Assembly (NCBI GenBank): GCA_965284095.1 | Contig: CBDIRC010000002.1 | Coordinates: 55,411-119,410 of the forward strand | Source: Sediminibacterium sp. | GTDB taxonomy: Bacteria > Bacteroidota > Bacteroidia > Chitinophagales > Chitinophagaceae | Reading direction: 5' to 3' | DNA: 64,000 nucleotides | Shown here: positions 30,293-41,394 of the stretch, piece by piece | Position numbering within the stretch: the stretch's first letter is position 1 | How the letters are laid out: the number at the start of each line of letters is the position of its first letter | Made by a program: the position numbers and the translations under genes | Notes under the pieces: model-generated | What the model was told of the DNA's origin: nothing | Database searches by the model: none | The model's input: the letters and a program-made list of their open reading frames with translations, nothing else

Positions 30293-30970
30293 CTAATTAT
30301 CGGTAATAGGCACCAGTACCATGGCTTGTGGCCCAGTTGAAACTGAACTAAACCCGCGTAATACAAGGGTATAGTTTTTCCCTGCGACAAAGTCAATTGC
30401 AGGTAACTGAAATAAATTAACAGAACTACCTGCAACAAATACACCTAGACTATAAGATCCAGGATCCATAGAAGTATATTGTGTTAAATTCCCATTGACT
30501 GAATGATCATTGGTTGTTCTGGAAGTAAACAAATTGGTTGTTCCTCTTTTTATATCAACAGATACAGAGCCTTTGTAAAAATTAAAAAAACGCATGTTGA
30601 TTTTTCCTGTTGCAGGTGCTGTTCTATCATCTTCTACTAAACTTACTTTAAAAGCTGTTGTAGAGTCGTAACTAAAAAGAGAATAATATTTTGAAGCTTG
30701 TAATAATAAGTTTGCGTTTAAAAAAGGATTTGTAACACCTGCTGTTGTAATTGTTACCAATGGACTATTCGAAGAAATGGGTCTATAGGAACTTGCCACA
30801 CCATAAGATACACCCCCAATTACTAATGCATTGTTTGCATTCAAATCTAGGTTATTGCTATTAGGAGATAAATTTACTAAACGAATATTGGCATCGGCTG
30901 GAGTATCAGTTTTTTTACAAGCAGCAAAAAAGAGAATTGCCACTGATGCTAAGGTGAATATTTTTTTCAT
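30293..30970 (-). CDS. DUF4397-like lipoprotein
   Basis: Lipobox FFAAC. Repeated IRLVNLSP... / VSVDIKRG... beta-sandwich-type segments typical of DUF4397. Confidence 0.5.
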   Translation of the reverse strand: MKKIFTLASVAILFFAACKKTDTPADANIRLVNLSPNSNNLDLNANNALVIGGVSYGVASSYRPISSNSPLVTITTAGVTNPFLNANLLLQASKYYSLFSYDSTTAFKVSLVEDDRTAPATGKINMRFFNFYKGSVSVDIKRGTTNLFTSRTTNDHSVNGNLTQYTSMDPGSYSLGVFVAGSSVNLFQLPAIDFVAGKNYTLVLRGFSSVSTGPQAMVLVPITDN

Positions 30971-31012
30971 AATAAGTAATTTGTACGGCCAAAAGATAAA
31001 GTTACTGAATAA

Positions 31013-31047
31013 AACAAAAAAGCTACCAGTAATTAACTGATAGCTTT
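31013..31047 (-). terminator. typA intrinsic terminator
   Basis: Minus strand: aaagctatcag-ttaatta-ctggtagcttt followed by tttttgtttt. Confidence 0.6.
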
Positions 31048-31069
31048 AAAAATTATAATTAGAATAAAA

Positions 31070-32884
31070 TTATCCTACTGCTTCTGATTTCATGCTCTTT
31101 GAAGCCTTTGTTCTATCATTCTCATCCAAAATGGTTTTACGCATACGGATGTTTTTAGGAGTAACTTCTATACACTCATCTTGCTGAATATATTCCATAC
31201 ACTCTTCTAAAGTAAACTGCAATTTTGGAATAATTCTAACCGCATCATCACTTCCGCTTGCACGGTGGTTGGTGAGTTTTTTCATTTCCACTGCATTCAC
31301 ATTTAAATCACCTGGCTTAATATGTTCTGCAATCATTTGGCCAACATAAACTTCATCTCCTGGATCAACAAAAAAGCTTCCACGATCTTGTAATTTATCA
31401 ATTGAATAAGCAGTAGTAACCCCCTGAAACTTAGCAATTAATACGCCATTGCTTCTTCCTGGAATTGGGCCTTTCCATGGTTTATAATCAATAAAGCGAT
31501 GAGCCATAACAGCTTCACCTGCAGTACCTGTAAGCATTTGAGAACGAAGACCGATCAACCCTCTTGAAGGAATTTCAAATTCAAGATGTTGCATTTCTCC
31601 TTTACTTTCCATGATTTGCATTTCGCCCTTACGCTGAGTAACTAAATCAATTACTTTACCACTGAATTCTGAAGGAACATCTACCACAAGGTTCTCATAT
31701 GGTTCATGCTTTTTACCATCAATGGTTTTAACCAATACCTGAGGGTTACCAACAGTAAGCTCATATCCCTCTCTACGCATGGTTTCTACCAAGATGCCTA
31801 AGTGAAGAATACCTCTACCAAATACCAAGAAACTATCTGCACTATCTGTATCTTCTACTCTTAATGCCAAATTCTTTTCAGTCTCTTTCATTAAACGATC
31901 ACGCAAATGACGAGAAGTTACAAATTTTCCATCTCTACCAAAGAAAGGTGAGTTGTTAATACTAAAAGTCATACTCATAGTAGGCTCATCCACACTAATA
32001 ATTGGTAATCCTTCTGGATTCTCTACATCAGCAATAGTATCTCCAATATTAAAATCTTCTAATCCAACAACTGCACATAAATCGCCGGCAATAACTTCAG
32101 TTACTTTACGCTTACCCATTCCTTCAAATACATACAATTCTTTAACACGGCTCTTTTTAATTGATCCGTCAGCTTGAACCAATGCTATTGGCTGGCTTTC
32201 TTTAATTGAACCTCTTGTTACTTTACCAATGGCAATTCTACCTAAGAAAGAAGAATAATCCAATGAGGTAATCTGCATCTGTAATGGTCCTTCATTTACT
32301 TTAGGAGCTGGTACATATTTAATGATACCATCCATTAAAGGGAAAATATCTTCAGTTTGAGTAAGGCTATCATTGAACCAACCATTTTTACCGCTACCAT
32401 AGAAAGTAGGGAAATTCAATTGCTCTTCAGTAGCATCTAAATTGAAGAACAATTCAAAAACTGCATCATGAACCTCATCCGGACGACAGTTTGGTTTATC
32501 CACTTTATTAATAACAACAATAGGATGTAAATTCAATTGCAAGGCTTTTTGCAAAACAAAACGAGTTTGTGGCATAGGTCCTTCAAAAGCATCTACTAAC
32601 AATATAACACCATCAGCCATCTTCAATACACGCTCTACTTCACCTCCAAAATCACTGTGACCCGGTGTATCAATAACGTTGATTTTATAATCATTATAGG
32701 TTACTGCAGCATTTTTACTGAAAATAGTGATACCACGCTCTCTTTCCAGGTCATTGCTGTCCATAATTAACTCGCCAGCATCCTGGTTGTCTCTAAAAAC
32801 CTTAGTTGCACCTAAAATACGGTCTACCAAAGTGGTTTTGCCATGGTCAACGTGTGCGATGATGGCAATGTTTCTTATTTCCAT
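31070..32884 (-). CDS. typA: Translational GTPase TypA/BipA
   Basis: [14 protein letters not shown] and NKVD G-motifs. Length 604 aa. Confidence 0.95.
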   Translation of the reverse strand: MEIRNIAIIAHVDHGKTTLVDRILGATKVFRDNQDAGELIMDSNDLERERGITIFSKNAAVTYNDYKINVIDTPGHSDFGGEVERVLKMADGVILLVDAFEGPMPQTRFVLQKALQLNLHPIVVINKVDKPNCRPDEVHDAVFELFFNLDATEEQLNFPTFYGSGKNGWFNDSLTQTEDIFPLMDGIIKYVPAPKVNEGPLQMQITSLDYSSFLGRIAIGKVTRGSIKESQPIALVQADGSIKKSRVKELYVFEGMGKRKVTEVIAGDLCAVVGLEDFNIGDTIADVENPEGLPIISVDEPTMSMTFSINNSPFFGRDGKFVTSRHLRDRLMKETEKNLALRVEDTDSADSFLVFGRGILHLGILVETMRREGYELTVGNPQVLVKTIDGKKHEPYENLVVDVPSEFSGKVIDLVTQRKGEMQIMESKGEMQHLEFEIPSRGLIGLRSQMLTGTAGEAVMAHRFIDYKPWKGPIPGRSNGVLIAKFQGVTTAYSIDKLQDRGSFFVDPGDEVYVGQMIAEHIKPGDLNVNAVEMKKLTNHRASGSDDAVRIIPKLQFTLEECMEYIQQDECIEVTPKNIRMRKTILDENDRTKASKSMKSEAVG

Positions 32885-33054
32885 TGTTGTGTATTTGCTT
32901 CAGTATCAATTACTTATGTAAATAATACCATTTATTTGAGCGGCAAAGGTACGATATTACAATGGGGCAGCAAGTAATTAAGTGTCAATATTATGTTATG
33001 GACTCAATCGGATGATGCCAAATAGTCTTAAATTTATATGAATATCAATCTTTT

Positions 33055-33423
33055 ATGAAGTCTTTAATGCTCTATTTACTCATCGCTTTTTATTTATTTG
33101 CCGGATATAATCATTTTGCAAACCCTCGTTTTTACTCCCCTTTAATTCCCCCCTATTTAACTCAATGGACCAATTTGATAAACATAATAAGTGGAGTGGC
33201 TGAAATCGTTTTGGCAATTGGTATGATTTTTCCTAGTACCAGATTACTTGCTTCATACGGAATTATTGCGCTCTTAATCGCTTTTATTCCAGCTCATATT
33301 TACATGATTCAATTGGGTCACTTTAATTTAGGTAAAATCCAAATGACCCCTACTATTGGATGGATAAGATTGATAATCATTCAACCTGTTCTGATCCTTT
33401 GGGCTTATTGGGTAAGAAATTAA
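33055..33423 (+). CDS. DoxX-like small membrane protein
   Basis: Four predicted TM helices. N-terminal FAGYNHF pattern. Confidence 0.45.
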   Translation: MKSLMLYLLIAFYLFAGYNHFANPRFYSPLIPPYLTQWTNLINIISGVAEIVLAIGMIFPSTRLLASYGIIALLIAFIPAHIYMIQLGHFNLGKIQMTPTIGWIRLIIIQPVLILWAYWVRN

Positions 33424-33442
33424 TAACTTTAAAAAAAAATTC

Positions 33443-34444
33443 ATGCGCTTTCTCAAAATTTTTATTGGTATAGTTGCTGTATTAGCGATTGTTTATCTGA
33501 TTGGGCCAACTCCTTCAAAACCCAATTATAATAATACTATGATTGAAGTTCCTTCAGAACCGATTGCATTGGAAAAATTTATTGCATCTAGAGAAGCTTC
33601 TCATAAAATAAAACCCAACAATGAAGCAAGGATTGTTTGGGCCAACGATTCATTGAAACAAAAAACTAAATACGCAATGGTATACTTGCATGGTTTTAGT
33701 GCAAGTCAAGAAGAAGGCAATCCTGTTCACAGAGAAATCGCCAAGCAGTTTGGCTGTAACCTTTACCTATCAAGGCTTTCACAGCATGGGATAGATACCT
33801 CCGAAACCTTGATGAATATGACTGCAGAAAATTTATGGGAATCTGCAAAAGAAGCATATGCCATTGGGAAAGCAATTGGTGATACCGTAATATTGATGGG
33901 CACATCAACAGGAGGTACACTGGCTTTAATGCTTGCCGCTAATTTCCCTGAAGTGGGTGGTTTGGTTTTGTATTCGCCTAATATTGCTATTAATGATCCT
34001 AATGCTTGGTTGTTGAACAATCCTTGGGGTTTACAAATTGCCAGAGCTGTGAAAAAATCCAATTACAACCATATAGAAAAATCAATTCCTCAATACAATC
34101 AATACTGGAATCATCATTATCGATTAGAAGCAACTGTGCAATTAGAAGAATTATTGGAAACATCAATGACTCATCAAAATTTTAATAAGATCAAACAACC
34201 TACTTTGGTTTTGTATTACTTTAAAAATGAAGCAGAACAAGATCCGGTTGTAAAAGTAAGTGCCATGAAAGATATGTTTTCGGCCATTCAAACTCCACCT
34301 GCAAAAAAGAAAATGGTGCCTATTCCGAATTGCGGCAATCATGTGATGGCATCCCCTATTCAATCAAAAGATATAGAAACGGTGAAAAAAGAATCTGCCC
34401 GTTTTTTAAATGAAATCATGATGATACAGCCCATAATGAATTAA
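33443..34444 (+). CDS. Alpha/beta hydrolase (esterase/lysophospholipase-like)
   Basis: N-terminal membrane anchor. HGFSAS oxyanion region, nucleophile elbow GTSTGG, distal GNHV histidine. Confidence 0.7.
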   Translation: MRFLKIFIGIVAVLAIVYLIGPTPSKPNYNNTMIEVPSEPIALEKFIASREASHKIKPNNEARIVWANDSLKQKTKYAMVYLHGFSASQEEGNPVHREIAKQFGCNLYLSRLSQHGIDTSETLMNMTAENLWESAKEAYAIGKAIGDTVILMGTSTGGTLALMLAANFPEVGGLVLYSPNIAINDPNAWLLNNPWGLQIARAVKKSNYNHIEKSIPQYNQYWNHHYRLEATVQLEELLETSMTHQNFNKIKQPTLVLYYFKNEAEQDPVVKVSAMKDMFSAIQTPPAKKKMVPIPNCGNHVMASPIQSKDIETVKKESARFLNEIMMIQPIMN

Positions 34445-34500
34445 TGGATGTTTGCATCCATACAATTTCATTATCTTCATCCTCCTAAAATTGCTTGCAT

Positions 34501-35550
34501 ATGCCTCTTAGTAAAATAGCTGGCATTGGTAAATATGTACCTGCCAATGTTGTAACAAATAATGATCTTACTAAATACATGGATACCAATGATGAATGGA
34601 TCCAGGAAAGAACAGGAATAAAGGAACGGAGGTACGCACATAGAACAGAAGAAACCACCACTACAATGGCAGTAGAAGCGGCTAAAATTGCTATTGAAAG
34701 AGCAGGTACTACTCCTGAAGAAATTGATTTCATAGTATTCGCCACTTTATCACCGGATTATTATTTTCCTGGTTGTGGAGTAATGGTACAACGTGCCATG
34801 AAAATGAAGGAAATTGGCGCTTTGGATGTTCGTAATCAATGCAGCGGTTTCTTATACGCATTAAGTGTTGCCGATCAGTTTATTAAAACAGGTATGTATA
34901 AAAACATCTTGGTGATTGGTAGCGAAAAACATTCTTTTGGTTTAGACTTCACCACTCGTGGTAGAAACATTTCGGTGATTTTTGGAGATGGAGCAGGAGC
35001 AGTAGTATTACAACCAACTGAAAAACCAGGTCAAGGAATACTCAGTACGCATTTACATAGTGATGGAGAATCCGCAGAAATATTGGCCATGTATAATCCC
35101 GGCACACATGCGAATCATTGGGGTGCAAAAAATTATGCCGATTTTGATGATGCAGAAATTGCTCAAATGTTTATGAGTAAAAAAATGATTGACAACGCTC
35201 AATTATATCCTTATATGGATGGTCAGGCTGTATTCAAAAAAGCAGTAGTAAAATTTCCTGAAGTAATTATGGAAGCATTGGAAAAAAATGGTTTGAAATC
35301 TTCCGATATCAATATGTTAATTCCTCATCAAGCCAATTTACGAATCAGTCAATTCGTACAACATAAATTACAACTTTCCGACGACCAGGTATATAATAAT
35401 ATTCAATATTACGGAAACACTACTGCTGCTTCGGTTCCTATAGCTTTATGTGAAGCTTGGGAGAAAGGAAAAATAAAAGAAGGCGATTTGGTTTGTTTAG
35501 CAGCATTTGGAAGTGGCTTTACATGGGCCAGTGCATTAATGAATTGGTAG
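34501..35550 (+). CDS. fabH: 3-oxoacyl-ACP synthase III
   Basis: Active-site CSGFLYAL, HQANLRI and GNTTAAS motifs. Confidence 0.85.
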   Translation: MPLSKIAGIGKYVPANVVTNNDLTKYMDTNDEWIQERTGIKERRYAHRTEETTTTMAVEAAKIAIERAGTTPEEIDFIVFATLSPDYYFPGCGVMVQRAMKMKEIGALDVRNQCSGFLYALSVADQFIKTGMYKNILVIGSEKHSFGLDFTTRGRNISVIFGDGAGAVVLQPTEKPGQGILSTHLHSDGESAEILAMYNPGTHANHWGAKNYADFDDAEIAQMFMSKKMIDNAQLYPYMDGQAVFKKAVVKFPEVIMEALEKNGLKSSDINMLIPHQANLRISQFVQHKLQLSDDQVYNNIQYYGNTTAASVPIALCEAWEKGKIKEGDLVCLAAFGSGFTWASALMNW

Positions 35551-35571
35551 TTGATCTATTTAGTAGCCCCT

Positions 35572-36471
35572 ATGGAAAGAAAAATTATTTATCTCATTAA
35601 TCCTATATCCGGAACTTCTAAAAAAGAGAAGACTCGTTTACTGATTGAAAGAGAAACTGAATTACAGCAAATTCCCTTTAAAGTATTTTATACAAATCCT
35701 GCAGGTGATTATGATTTAATAAGGGATCATATTTTGCAAGAAGACTACACAGATGTAGTGATGATTGGTGGTGATGGAACGGTTAATCAGGTAACCAATG
35801 CATTAAGAGATACTGGCGTGCGATTTGGTATTATCCCTTCTGGTTCTGGCAATGGATTGGCTCGTGCAGCTAATATTCCTTCAAAATTAAAGTCGGCATT
35901 GGCCATTATTTTTGGCGGGAAAGCCAAAGCGGTGGATGCGTTTACTGTTAACGGCGAATATTCTTGTATGCTAAGTGGGGTGGGTTTTGATGCACAAGTT
36001 GCACATGATTTTGCTCAAAAAACTACAAGGGGGTTATTCACCTATACACAACAAAGTATCATCAATTATTTCAAAGCCAACCCCTATCAATTTGAAGTAA
36101 CCATCGATCATTTTTCATTTTTTACAGACGCATTTTTTATTAGTATCGCCAATAGTAATCAATTTGGAAACAATGCAACGATTGCTCCACAAGCCAGTTT
36201 ATCTGATGGATTATTGGATGTAGTAATTGTACAAAAAATGAATAAAGCAAAATTGCCTTTTGCCATTCTTCGTCAAATGAGGGGTAATAATAAATTACAA
36301 CAACTAGTTGATGACATGAGCACAAAAACTATTTTGTATTTTCAAACACCTTCATTGTCTATAAAAAACCAGAAACTCGCTCCTTTACATATAGATGGCG
36401 AACCTAGAGAAACAGCGGAAAAATTTGATATTGAAATCATCAAAGACGCGTTTAATTTGTTACAGCCCTAG
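35572..36471 (+). CDS. Diacylglycerol/lipid kinase family protein (YegS/LCB5-like)
   Basis: GGDGTVNQV catalytic-domain motif and GSGNGLA. The ORF abuts the fabH stop. Confidence 0.75.
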   Translation: MERKIIYLINPISGTSKKEKTRLLIERETELQQIPFKVFYTNPAGDYDLIRDHILQEDYTDVVMIGGDGTVNQVTNALRDTGVRFGIIPSGSGNGLARAANIPSKLKSALAIIFGGKAKAVDAFTVNGEYSCMLSGVGFDAQVAHDFAQKTTRGLFTYTQQSIINYFKANPYQFEVTIDHFSFFTDAFFISIANSNQFGNNATIAPQASLSDGLLDVVIVQKMNKAKLPFAILRQMRGNNKLQQLVDDMSTKTILYFQTPSLSIKNQKLAPLHIDGEPRETAEKFDIEIIKDAFNLLQP

Positions 36472-36475
36472 AACA

Positions 36476-38701
36476 TTATTTATCAATGATTCTTTTTAAA
36501 CTTCGAAATGCATCTTGATTAATTGGATTATCTAATGCATTGGAAATATCTCTTTTCTCCGCTGCAGTTAAGTGAAAGCTCAAACTCGCAGCTGCGTCTT
36601 TAGATGAAGGCACATATTGAAATGTAATACGATAAAAATCAGGACCATAGTTTTTTGATAAATAATCCAATTGGTCATGTTGTGCATAATCTTGCATCTT
36701 AAACCAATTGTTCTGAAGAATTAAAAATGGTTTGGTTAAAAAACCAATCAAAGAATTATTTTCAAGGGGTTTATCCCAGTCACTCACACCCCGATCTCTT
36801 ATTTGAATTAACACCACTTTGGATGTATTCGCTTGTAACCAGTCTTTAAATACTTCAACAAAACGCAAACTGGCTTCTTGTCCAAAATTATCCCTCAATC
36901 CTGCATCCATTACATCAATAATTGGATTAGTCGGAAGCCAAACATTGGGTAATACATAAGGAAATGTTGCGTTCATTCTCAATGCAGAAAGCAATCTGAT
37001 TCCATTACTATTCTGTTTGTTGAAAAATGAATTAAAATCAATTGCATCGGGATCAAAGGAATTGATATTGGCTTCTATTGCAATGGGCTTTAATAAAAAT
37101 CGAACTGGGCGAGTGGCAATAATCATTTTTCTCCCGTCTCTGGTAATAACAGAATTAAAAAAAATAGCCGGTAACTGAGCAAGTCTTTCTGCTTCGGCAT
37201 ATTCCGAAATTGGTTTATCTAAAACAGACTCTGTATTCTCATTTAATTTTTGCTCAAAAGCATAGCCTCTGTCTTTAATATATCCAAATCCATTGTACTT
37301 AAACTTTTGTGCAGGGCTAAACAAATCTCTGGTCAGGAATGAAGAAAAAATCGGACTCAATAAATCTTTTGTAATATTAGCTATATATCGTTGATCTTGT
37401 AAATCAATGGTTTTTCCTTTTAATTTTTGAAAATATAATTCTCTAAAATAAGCTGCTCCCAACATTCCTCCAGATGCTCCATTAATGAGTATTGTTTGCT
37501 CCATTAACCGGCCATTCAATTGTTGGTCTAACCGTTGAAGTGTATTCATAGTGAAAGCTGCACTTCTAGTGCCACCTCCACTTGTATTAATTATATATAA
37601 AATCGGTTTGGGTGAAGATTGCTTTGCTTTCCAGTTATTTAAAATAGCAATATATTGAGCCATATCCTTTTGTATACTCGAATCATTGGCCATTGCATTC
37701 ACTGATTCTTTATTATACAAAGGTCTCTCCGATTTATGAATATAATCTAAACCATACGCTTTGTTTCTTGGATCGATAATTTCTTTTTGATATAAAAAAT
37801 TAGCTAAGACATATATAGCAACTACAACAGGAATACTCCATGTTTTTAGGAAAATTGACATTGCACCTGCAAAAGCAATTAAAATGGCAAAAAATAAAGT
37901 AATACTACTACTAGCAGGTATTTGAAATAATTGTGCATCAGAACTATAACCTGTTAAAATTAAAAACACAAATGCCAATGTAATAGCTAATACAGCTGCA
38001 ACATGGTGTCGGTTAAAAAGTGCATCTATAAATTCGGGGCTATAATGTCTGACATCTCTTGGTTTTCGCAAACGTAATCCTGCACTTAAAAACCAATCAA
38101 TTCGCATCTCATATTTTTCTTTAGGCAACATTTTAGTAGACACTATCCGATCGTATTCTTGATGTGCATATTGAATACTGGATGATAGTGTGTAGTAAAT
38201 GGTTTTATCTGCACTAAAAAAATATAGAAAAGCAATGGCTAATGATGAAATCAAACCGCCCGTATATCCCAATGCTAAAAAAATAATTTCTTTTGTGTCA
38301 AATAGTTCTTGGGAGCTAGAATAATGAATTGCCCTTATTAAATAATACACCAAGAAAGTAACAGGAATGATGGCATTATTGATACAATATTTTAAAAAAG
38401 GCTGGGCATTGGTTGCTAAAAATCGAATACTCTTTCCGTGCAATATAAAAGTGGTAATATTCCAACTCATTATAAATACCCCTGTAGAAAATCCTACGAT
38501 TGCAGTACTTAAAGCAGTAACCTCGCCATAGTATTCAGGAGCCAGAAAAAGAGAATCGGCCCCAAATGTGTGCATGAAATTACCTGCAACTGTGGCAAAT
38601 AATACATACCAAATCACCAAAAAAATCTGGTATCTCCTGAAATGCATCAGAAAAAGTTGGATGGGCAAAGAGAACCAAATTCCAATCAGGTATTTCTTCA
38701 T
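36476..38701 (-). CDS. Patatin-like phospholipase fused to an N-terminal polytopic membrane domain
   Basis: Oxyanion TSGGGTRSA (GGGxR), nucleophile GASGG (GxSxG) and Asp dyad MDAGLRDN. About 330 N-terminal aa with multiple TM helices. Confidence 0.75.
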   Translation of the reverse strand: MKKYLIGIWFSLPIQLFLMHFRRYQIFLVIWYVLFATVAGNFMHTFGADSLFLAPEYYGEVTALSTAIVGFSTGVFIMSWNITTFILHGKSIRFLATNAQPFLKYCINNAIIPVTFLVYYLIRAIHYSSSQELFDTKEIIFLALGYTGGLISSLAIAFLYFFSADKTIYYTLSSSIQYAHQEYDRIVSTKMLPKEKYEMRIDWFLSAGLRLRKPRDVRHYSPEFIDALFNRHHVAAVLAITLAFVFLILTGYSSDAQLFQIPASSSITLFFAILIAFAGAMSIFLKTWSIPVVVAIYVLANFLYQKEIIDPRNKAYGLDYIHKSERPLYNKESVNAMANDSSIQKDMAQYIAILNNWKAKQSSPKPILYIINTSGGGTRSAAFTMNTLQRLDQQLNGRLMEQTILINGASGGMLGAAYFRELYFQKLKGKTIDLQDQRYIANITKDLLSPIFSSFLTRDLFSPAQKFKYNGFGYIKDRGYAFEQKLNENTESVLDKPISEYAEAERLAQLPAIFFNSVITRDGRKMIIATRPVRFLLKPIAIEANINSFDPDAIDFNSFFNKQNSNGIRLLSALRMNATFPYVLPNVWLPTNPIIDVMDAGLRDNFGQEASLRFVEVFKDWLQANTSKVVLIQIRDRGVSDWDKPLENNSLIGFLTKPFLILQNNWFKMQDYAQHDQLDYLSKNYGPDFYRITFQYVPSSKDAAASLSFHLTAAEKRDISNALDNPINQDAFRSLKRIIDK

Positions 38702-38741
38702 ACAACTAAGATGATTTTATGAACCTTCTCGCTGCACTAAG

Positions 38742-39812
38742 TTACTTAAATTCTCTAGCTTCTTTTTCTGTCAGGTATAGCATCATTACCAATGAAAGTA
38801 ACAACAGCATTCCTGTTAATTGATGTAATTGGGCAGTCCATTCAAATAAACCCCAATTTCCTGGTATAATTCCTTTACTGAACAGAACTGTCCCTATTCC
38901 TAGAGCCACTTGAATAAGAACAATTACAAAAGGTATTTTTTTGACCTGATTAAAAATGGTTGATCCATGTATTTTATTCAGCTGAAAAGTCCATAAAGCA
39001 ATGTAAACCAATAACAGATAGGCAATTCCCCGATGAATGAAATGAATCAATAAAGTGTTATCAATAAAATTGAGTAAGATGGGTTGATCCTTAAATAATT
39101 GATCAGGAATCCAATCTCCATTAATGGTTGGCCAGGTAGAAGCAACATTGGCTGCTTTATGGCCTGCCATTAAAGCCCCATACAATAATTGAACTACTAA
39201 TAAGGCTAATAATATATAGTTGGTTCTGAGGGCTTTTGAATTTTGAATCAATTGATCCTTCTTAATTAAACAACTGAGTGCAAACCAAAAAGTATAACTA
39301 AGTAATCCCAAGGCCAACACAAAATGCAATGCCAATCGGGTTGGCTTAACATATACTGCATCTCCTGTTAATCCACTAGCTACCATGATCCATCCAACGC
39401 CACCTTGCAATGCACCCAATAAGAACAATATAAACAAAGGCTTTATCATTTCTTTCTTGAAAGCCTTCTTCCATAAAAACCAGACAAAGCCAATGGCAAA
39501 TACCAAACCAATTGTTCTTGCCCAAAGCCGATGAAACCATTCCCAAAAAAAGATATATTGAAAATCCTTCAGTGTAAACTCAAAATTGAGTAATTGAAAC
39601 TGTGGTGTTTGTTTGTATTTATTAAATTCAACCAGCCAGGCGGATTCATTCAATGGAGGTAGGGTTCCAGTAATTACATTCCATTCTGTAATAGATAAGC
39701 CACTTCCTGTTAATCGAGTAATTCCACCTAAAGCGATTTGTACAATCGTCATTCCAACTCCTACCAATAACCAGATAGCCACTTGTTTATCCGAGCGATT
39801 CAATTTCTCCAT
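38742..39812 (-). CDS. ctaA: Heme A synthase (COX15/CtaA family)
   Basis: GGITRLTGSGLSITEW and paired His-containing TM helices (WFHR, FIHRG). Confidence 0.8.
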   Translation of the reverse strand: MEKLNRSDKQVAIWLLVGVGMTIVQIALGGITRLTGSGLSITEWNVITGTLPPLNESAWLVEFNKYKQTPQFQLLNFEFTLKDFQYIFFWEWFHRLWARTIGLVFAIGFVWFLWKKAFKKEMIKPLFILFLLGALQGGVGWIMVASGLTGDAVYVKPTRLALHFVLALGLLSYTFWFALSCLIKKDQLIQNSKALRTNYILLALLVVQLLYGALMAGHKAANVASTWPTINGDWIPDQLFKDQPILLNFIDNTLLIHFIHRGIAYLLLVYIALWTFQLNKIHGSTIFNQVKKIPFVIVLIQVALGIGTVLFSKGIIPGNWGLFEWTAQLHQLTGMLLLLSLVMMLYLTEKEAREFK

Positions 39813-39912
39813 TTTTAAAGTATTTCGATTTTATACAAAGGTATAACAACCAAAACGGTTGTTTTGATTAAATCAATTTGATACTATTGAAAGGAAAGTG
39901 GAAATTTACAGG

Positions 39913-40512
39913 ATGTTACCTTCTTATTATCAGGAAACCCTTGTAGAAGCCGGATGCGATGAAGCTGGAAGAGGATGCTATGCAGGTCCTGTTTTTGCAG
40001 CAGCAGTTATTTTACCGAAAAATTTTAAACATCCATTATTAAACGATAGTAAACAAGTAGGCGAAAAACAGAGATTGGTTTTGAAAGAGGTGATCGAATC
40101 AAATGCAATTGCCTGGTCGGTTGCAAGTGTTGAAGTGGAAGAAATAGATGCTATCAATATATTAAAAGCTAGTTTTAAAGCGATGCATAAAGCTATAGGA
40201 CAGTTAAAATTGCTTCCAGAATTTTTATTGATTGATGGAAATCGGTTTATTACTTACCCAAAAATACCTCATATATGTATTGTTAAGGGAGATGGAAAAT
40301 TTGCTTCCATTGCAGCAGCGAGTATTTTAGCAAAAACGCATAGAGACGCTTATATGGAAAAGTTACATCAGCAGTTTCCTCAATATGGCTGGAATAGAAA
40401 TAAAGGGTATGGTACTTTAGAGCACCGTATTGGCATAGAAAAAAACGGGTTATGTATTCATCATCGTAAAAGTTTTAACATCGTTCCTTCGCAAATGAAT
40501 ATTCCTTTTTAG
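39913..40512 (+). CDS. rnhB: Ribonuclease HII
   Basis: [14 protein letters not shown] active-site motif and DSK block. Confidence 0.9.
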   Translation: MLPSYYQETLVEAGCDEAGRGCYAGPVFAAAVILPKNFKHPLLNDSKQVGEKQRLVLKEVIESNAIAWSVASVEVEEIDAINILKASFKAMHKAIGQLKLLPEFLLIDGNRFITYPKIPHICIVKGDGKFASIAAASILAKTHRDAYMEKLHQQFPQYGWNRNKGYGTLEHRIGIEKNGLCIHHRKSFNIVPSQMNIPF

Positions 40513-41120
40513 TCCACTTCCCAAATACCAGCCCCCAAGCGAATCAATTCATAAGTTGCAGCGGTACAATCAATAATAGTAGAAGGTATCATTCCACCAT
40601 TTCCTCCATCAACTACAATATCAACCAGGTTTTCAAATTTTGTATGTATCAATTCGGGATCAGTAAATTCCTCTACCATCTCTCCTGGTAAAGAAGCAGA
40701 CAATAATGGATGACCCAAATGTTCTACAATGGTTCTTGCTATGAGATTGTCGGGAATCCTTAACCCGATCGTGCTTTTTTTACTTTGCAATAATTTAGGA
40801 ACTACTTTACTCGCAGGAAGAATAAATGTATAGGGTCCAGGCAAATGACTCTTTAGTAATCTATAAAGTGAAGTATCGATGGGTTTGCAATATTTACTGA
40901 GGTCGCTTAAATCATTACAAATAAAACTCAATTGCGCTTTTGTAGGATCAACTTGTTTTATTCTAGCAATTCTTTCAATTGCCTTTGGTTGAAAAATGTC
41001 ACAGCCCAATCCATAAATCGTATCAGTTGGATAAATGATGATACCACCATCATTCAAACATTCAATGATTGTTTTTATATGACGCGGATTGGGATTATCA
41101 GGATGAACATGCAATAACAT
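40509..41120 (-). CDS. tsaC: L-threonylcarbamoyladenylate synthase (YrdC/TsaC type)
   Basis: [23 protein letters not shown] and LRIPD blocks. The ATG at 41120 gives a 203-aa canonical length. Confidence 0.8.
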   Translation of the reverse strand: MLLHVHPDNPNPRHIKTIIECLNDGGIIIYPTDTIYGLGCDIFQPKAIERIARIKQVDPTKAQLSFICNDLSDLSKYCKPIDTSLYRLLKSHLPGPYTFILPASKVVPKLLQSKKSTIGLRIPDNLIARTIVEHLGHPLLSASLPGEMVEEFTDPELIHTKFENLVDIVVDGGNGGMIPSTIIDCTAATYELIRLGAGIWEVD

Positions 41121-41137
41121 AATTAAAGTTACGCTAT

Positions 41138-41165
41138 AAAAACGAAGACGGCTAAAGCCGTCTTC
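41138..41165 (-). terminator. Terminator-like hairpin immediately upstream of tsaC
   Basis: gaagacggc-taaa-gccgtcttc. On the minus strand it is followed by GTTTTTAT. Confidence 0.4.
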
Positions 41166-41394
41166 TCTTTGTTTGTAACCCCTGGTTAAAAAATAATAAC
41201 TACAATGAATAGTCACCATCCGCTGTAATTACATGGTAAAACTAAATGAGCAATAAAACCCAAACAAGGTGTTATACACCCATTTTTATTAGGTTAATAA
41301 ACGGCAAAAAAAAGGTAGCAATTCAATTGTTTTAAGTTTATTTTAATTTAAATTCGTTCTAGATAATTACCCCCTGCTCTTATACTTATACTGT

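Noticed and set aside
36476-38701. Patatin phospholipase as a CBASS/defence effector
   Set aside because: No cyclase, sensor or other defence gene is adjacent. It sits among lipid-metabolism genes and has its own membrane domain, so a housekeeping lipid role is more parsimonious.
41121-41219. 33-codon N-terminal extension of tsaC, and an 18-codon extension of serS at 47028..47081
   Set aside because: Internal ATGs at 41120 and 47027 give canonical N-termini and lengths. The extensions translate through hairpin or promoter sequence.
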